In this document: positions 60,545 through 64,000 of the stretch, piece after piece
How positions within the stretch are numbered: position 1 is the first letter of the stretch
Layout: each line of letters starts with the position of its first letter
Notes under the pieces: generated by a model
Database searches by the model: none
Seen by the model: the letters and a program-made list of their open reading frames with translations, nothing else
What the model was told of the DNA's origin: nothing
DNA from: Raillietiella orientalis
Lineage: Eukaryota
Direction of reading: 5' to 3'
DNA length: 64,000 bases
NCBI GenBank assembly: GCA_036172245.1
Contig: JAYWIR010000003.1
Coordinates: forward strand, 372,001-436,000
Translations under genes and position numbers: made by a program

Positions 60545-63500
60545 ATGACAACAGATGATTCACCCGGCTGCTTTCTTCCAGGTGACGACGACTCCTCCCA
60601 CCTCCAGCGGGAATGGAGGCACAGAGGCGCTCCCACCGGGGAAGGGAAGGAGGGGGGGGGGCGGAGGTGGCGGGAGATCGAGGATCTTTTTCTGGAAGCG
60701 GAAGAGGTGGATCCCGGAAAGAGGATGGGAATCGGGAGGAGAGGGCGGGGAGGAGAAGAGAGGTAAAGTCAAGGGCTCGGCGTGCGCGTGGGGCTCAGGG
60801 ACGCGCCGCGTGCATCCGGGCGCGACACGATCGGGAAGAGAGGAGGGAGGGGCAGAGGCGCTTTCCCTCCTCCTCTTTCTCCTATTCCTGCCTTCCCCTC
60901 CTTTTCCCACGGCGGCTGTTTCACCGTTATCAGCTTATCGCTCCGTGCGCGGAGGAGGGGGGGCGGCCGACGATAACCGGGCGACCAGGGAGCGTCCGGA
61001 GCACTCAAAGCCGTGGGTGATGTCTTCGCCATGGGATCGGCCGCCCTGCTCCTGTGGTGGTCGTGGGTGCTTCTGGTGGAACGCGGGACGACCTCGGACG
61101 GCGGGAGATACGTTTACTGTGAGCAGCATCCCTTTTCTTGCATCTAAGCTTCCCGGATAGCCAGGAGGAGTGCGAGGAAGGGGAGGTGGAAGGGGAGAAG
61201 GAAAGAGCTCGACGTAGCTTCCCTCCCCTCCCCTCCCATTGCCCCTTCCTTCCTCCCCCTGCCTGCCTCTTCTCCCCCTCCTCCCAACCCCTTCCCTCAC
61301 TCCAACCTCCGCTGGTGGGCTTTCCTGGGTCCCTGGGACAGCCTTGCCCCTTCTCGTTTCCATGGTCCCTCCACGGGCGAGTATCCCCGTCCCAGGGAAG
61401 GGATCTTCCCAGAGGGTGGGGAGGGGTGATGGAGGAAAGAAGTTCAGGGACGCTGCCTTGCAGGTGATCGAACTCCCCATCAACGGCATCCCCGTCGCCA
61501 CGTCGAGCCGCAGGGAAGGGAAGGGAATGCGACGAAAGGAGGGAAGGGTGCGAACGGGGTCGCTCGACGAGGAAGGGATGGAGGGGTGAGGAAGGCGGCG
61601 GGTGCTGCAGTTCCTCATTCCTTTCCCCTTTAACCCTCTCGTGGGGAGAGGAGAAAGAGGGAGAGAAGGGAGAGCGCTCCTCCATCCTCTACGTCTGCAA
61701 TTAGCGTTCTGAGCCAGCGTCTCGCCCTCCCTCCCTACCCTAAGGTGTGCCAATCGAGGAGCATCCGCGGACCCCGCCAGGATGGGTTCCAGGACACCAA
61801 GGCAGACCAGGACGCTTGCAGGTAGCTCAAGCTTGCGCCTGCAGGTGCAAGATGGCTCCAGAGGATACGCCTCCTCGCATCCGCCCCACCCTGATGTTCC
61901 GTTGCCTCTTCCCCCTTCTCCTCTCCTGCTGTCTGCGGAGAATCAAGTCTGGTTCTTCTGGAGAGGAAGAAAGGATGTTCCTTGGAGACCACCTGGAACC
62001 GCCTGGAAAAGCCGAGCATACCTCTCGAAGCACCAAGAAACCTCGGTCGCGCGACACGGGGGAAACGCCCCGCAGGTGGCGCTTTCATCCTGGTTTATTC
62101 CGCCTTCCATCCTTGGAAGGGGGCTTTGCGGATCTCTTCTCTTACCCATTCTTTTCCCCCCTTCACCTTTCCTCCTCCTCATTCTCCTCCCCAAGCACCC
62201 GCTCTTCACTCTCAGCCATCTTGTGCACCCAGCGAGAAGGCTTCCCCTGAGTAGAGGCTGCAGCCAGTAGAGGGGAGCCGCCGCTCAAGAAAATCTCCCA
62301 GCAGAGCATCGGAGAAGAGAAGAGTCCTGAGGAGGAGTAGAAGGAGAATGGAGATTCGGGAGCCCGGGAGAGGGGCGTTGGATGTGGGGAAAACGGAAGA
62401 CCCGTCGCCTTTTGAGAATACATCCGCTGGGCGGAACCCGGGAACTACGGCATCTGATAGGAACGCAGCTGGGGCCCCTAGTTGACTTTCTGCTTCCCCG
62501 CATCTCAAACCAGGCAGGATGTCCTTGAGGCGAGCGCCCATTCGCGCCGCCCTTCCCCCTTCCTTCCTTCCCCACGCGTGCGTGCTGCATGGTGGAGGGG
62601 GTGACTCGCTGGGCCTAGGCAGCGCAGCGCGCTGTGGACGTCGCGAGTCGCCCGAAGAAGAAAACATGAGGAAGGGAGGAAGACGAGAAGAAGGAAGGGA
62701 AGAGAAGGAGGAGGAAGGGAGCAAGAGGAAGAGAAGATGGTTCTCCCGAGATTTCGGATTCCAAAGGGAACGAACGCACAGGGGGCGAGAGCGGGTCGTG
62801 AGCGAGACGCAGCGACCCTCCTGGTGTCCCCGGAGAGCGAAATGCTGCAAGCGAAAGCAGGAGAACCAGAAGAATGGGGTGAGGGACCGGAGGAGGCGCC
62901 GATGACTCTGGACCCTTCCTGCAGGGTACTCCGAGTGCGAAACGGCACGGTGCCCAGCGGCGCCTTTGAGCGGGTGAGTCTCGCTGAGCAAAGGTCGGCC
63001 GGCCGACCTTCTAAGCCTCGTGGAGGATGGGAGAAGCAAAGATCCCTTCCTTCAGCCGCGATGACGCGCTCTCGGCTAAGACCTGCCGCTGGCAAGGTCT
63101 GACCCCTTTCCTGACCCCTGAACCCACTGCCCACCTCTAAGGCGACCGGCATCCCCTCCCTCGAGCGCCCTTTATGTCTCCAGCATGCGTCATCTGGCGG
63201 GGGAAGGGAGTAGAGGGAATAGGTCGGAAGTGCTGCGAGTTTCCACCTGGAATCCGTTCGAGGGAGGCTGCGTCGTCACTTGAGGGGAAGGCGTGCGTTC
63301 CCTAGAGGCGACCGGGAGCTCCTGCAGCCTTTCTCCGATGGGGAGTCTCCCTTCTCCCCTGCCACCGTATTGTCTCCGCGCGCGTTCATCTGGATTCGAG
63401 CGTGACGTCCAGCCTCCGATCAGCAGTCCCACGCGCCGCATGAAGCAGAAAGGGATGCTTCAGGAAGGCGAGGGACCGACTTTTCCTGCCTCCCGGCGCT

Positions 63501-64000
63501 AGCGCGAAAGAAGAGAGGGGGATAGTGCGCGGAAGAGATGTTCCCGGGAATGCGATCCCGGGTGCCCTTTCTGAACAACCGGAACCTACCTGTGAAAGGC
63601 GGAAACGAGGCGAACCGCTGGTCTTTTACCAGATGAGCTGGCGGATCTCTGCAACGGTTCCCAGAACGCCCTGCATTCCCTCATGAGGAGTAGCATCATC
63701 GTCACAGCGACGCACAAGATCCGCTCCGGGGGATGCATCCTGACCGTCTTCGTGGAGGAGGACTGCCACGTGTCCTTGGCGGTCCAGTACTTTCAGCATA
63801 AGCAGCTGACACGGGGATGGGCAGCGAAGGTACTCGTCTCTCTGCTCCCCCCCTACCTTTCCCTCCCGGCTCTGACCGAGTGCTCCTCCTCGAGCTAGGT
63901 ACGCCTGGACAACAAGAAGGAGGCAGTGGACCTGGGGACGAGGGAAAGAGAGATCCTCAAGACGGAATACACGGGAGCGGCGATCGACCCGAGGCAACTG
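60545..64000 (+). mobile_element. Eroded L1/Tx1-like ORF2 (endonuclease + RT), runs off the window end
   Basis: Ordered remnants: GSAALLL...DGGRYV (endonuclease GVAIL..D.EGRY), NYGI (DYKI), QAGCP*G, DFGF, VRNG..SGAF, and FQHKQLTRGWAAKVLVSLLP (W...LS..GR..L..S.L). Confidence 0.5.

Noticed and set aside
61031..61118. Apparent signal-peptide exon MGSAALLLWWSWVLLV
   Set aside because: Better explained as an eroded L1 endonuclease GVAIL...D..GRY segment, colinear with downstream RT remnants.
63630..63738. Minus-strand signal-peptide-like ORF MHPPERILCVAVTMMLLL
   Set aside because: Antisense to RT remnants, and no consistent downstream exon chain was found.

Overview
Eukaryotic (very probably arthropod) genomic DNA with spliceosomal introns. 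No CRISPR, rRNA or tRNA was found. Four host genes can be rebuilt exon by exon: vinculin (-, 5270-13878), the U1A/U2B''-type spliceosomal protein SNF (-, 14664-15838), a GMC/glucose-dehydrogenase-like oxidoreductase (+, 32046-38727) and an SLC41A Mg2+ transporter (+, 48914-52746). A fifth gene looks like a SOCS16D/SOCS6-7-type gene with an intact 541-codon first exon and a badly eroded SH2/SOCS-box end (+, 42445-45701). Most of the rest, including most long GC-rich ORFs in the track, is a fossil field of degenerate L1/Tx1-like non-LTR retrotransposons on both strands. The most striking items lie between snf and the first large retroelement: a ~330-bp patch of Wolbachia-type palindromic elements (candidate endosymbiont-to-host DNA transfer) and a 34-nt 5' fragment of U2 snRNA. 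The window also has sharp AT-rich/GC-rich domains and very short (41-50 nt) introns. All homology calls are from manual reading and motif recall; no searches were run.
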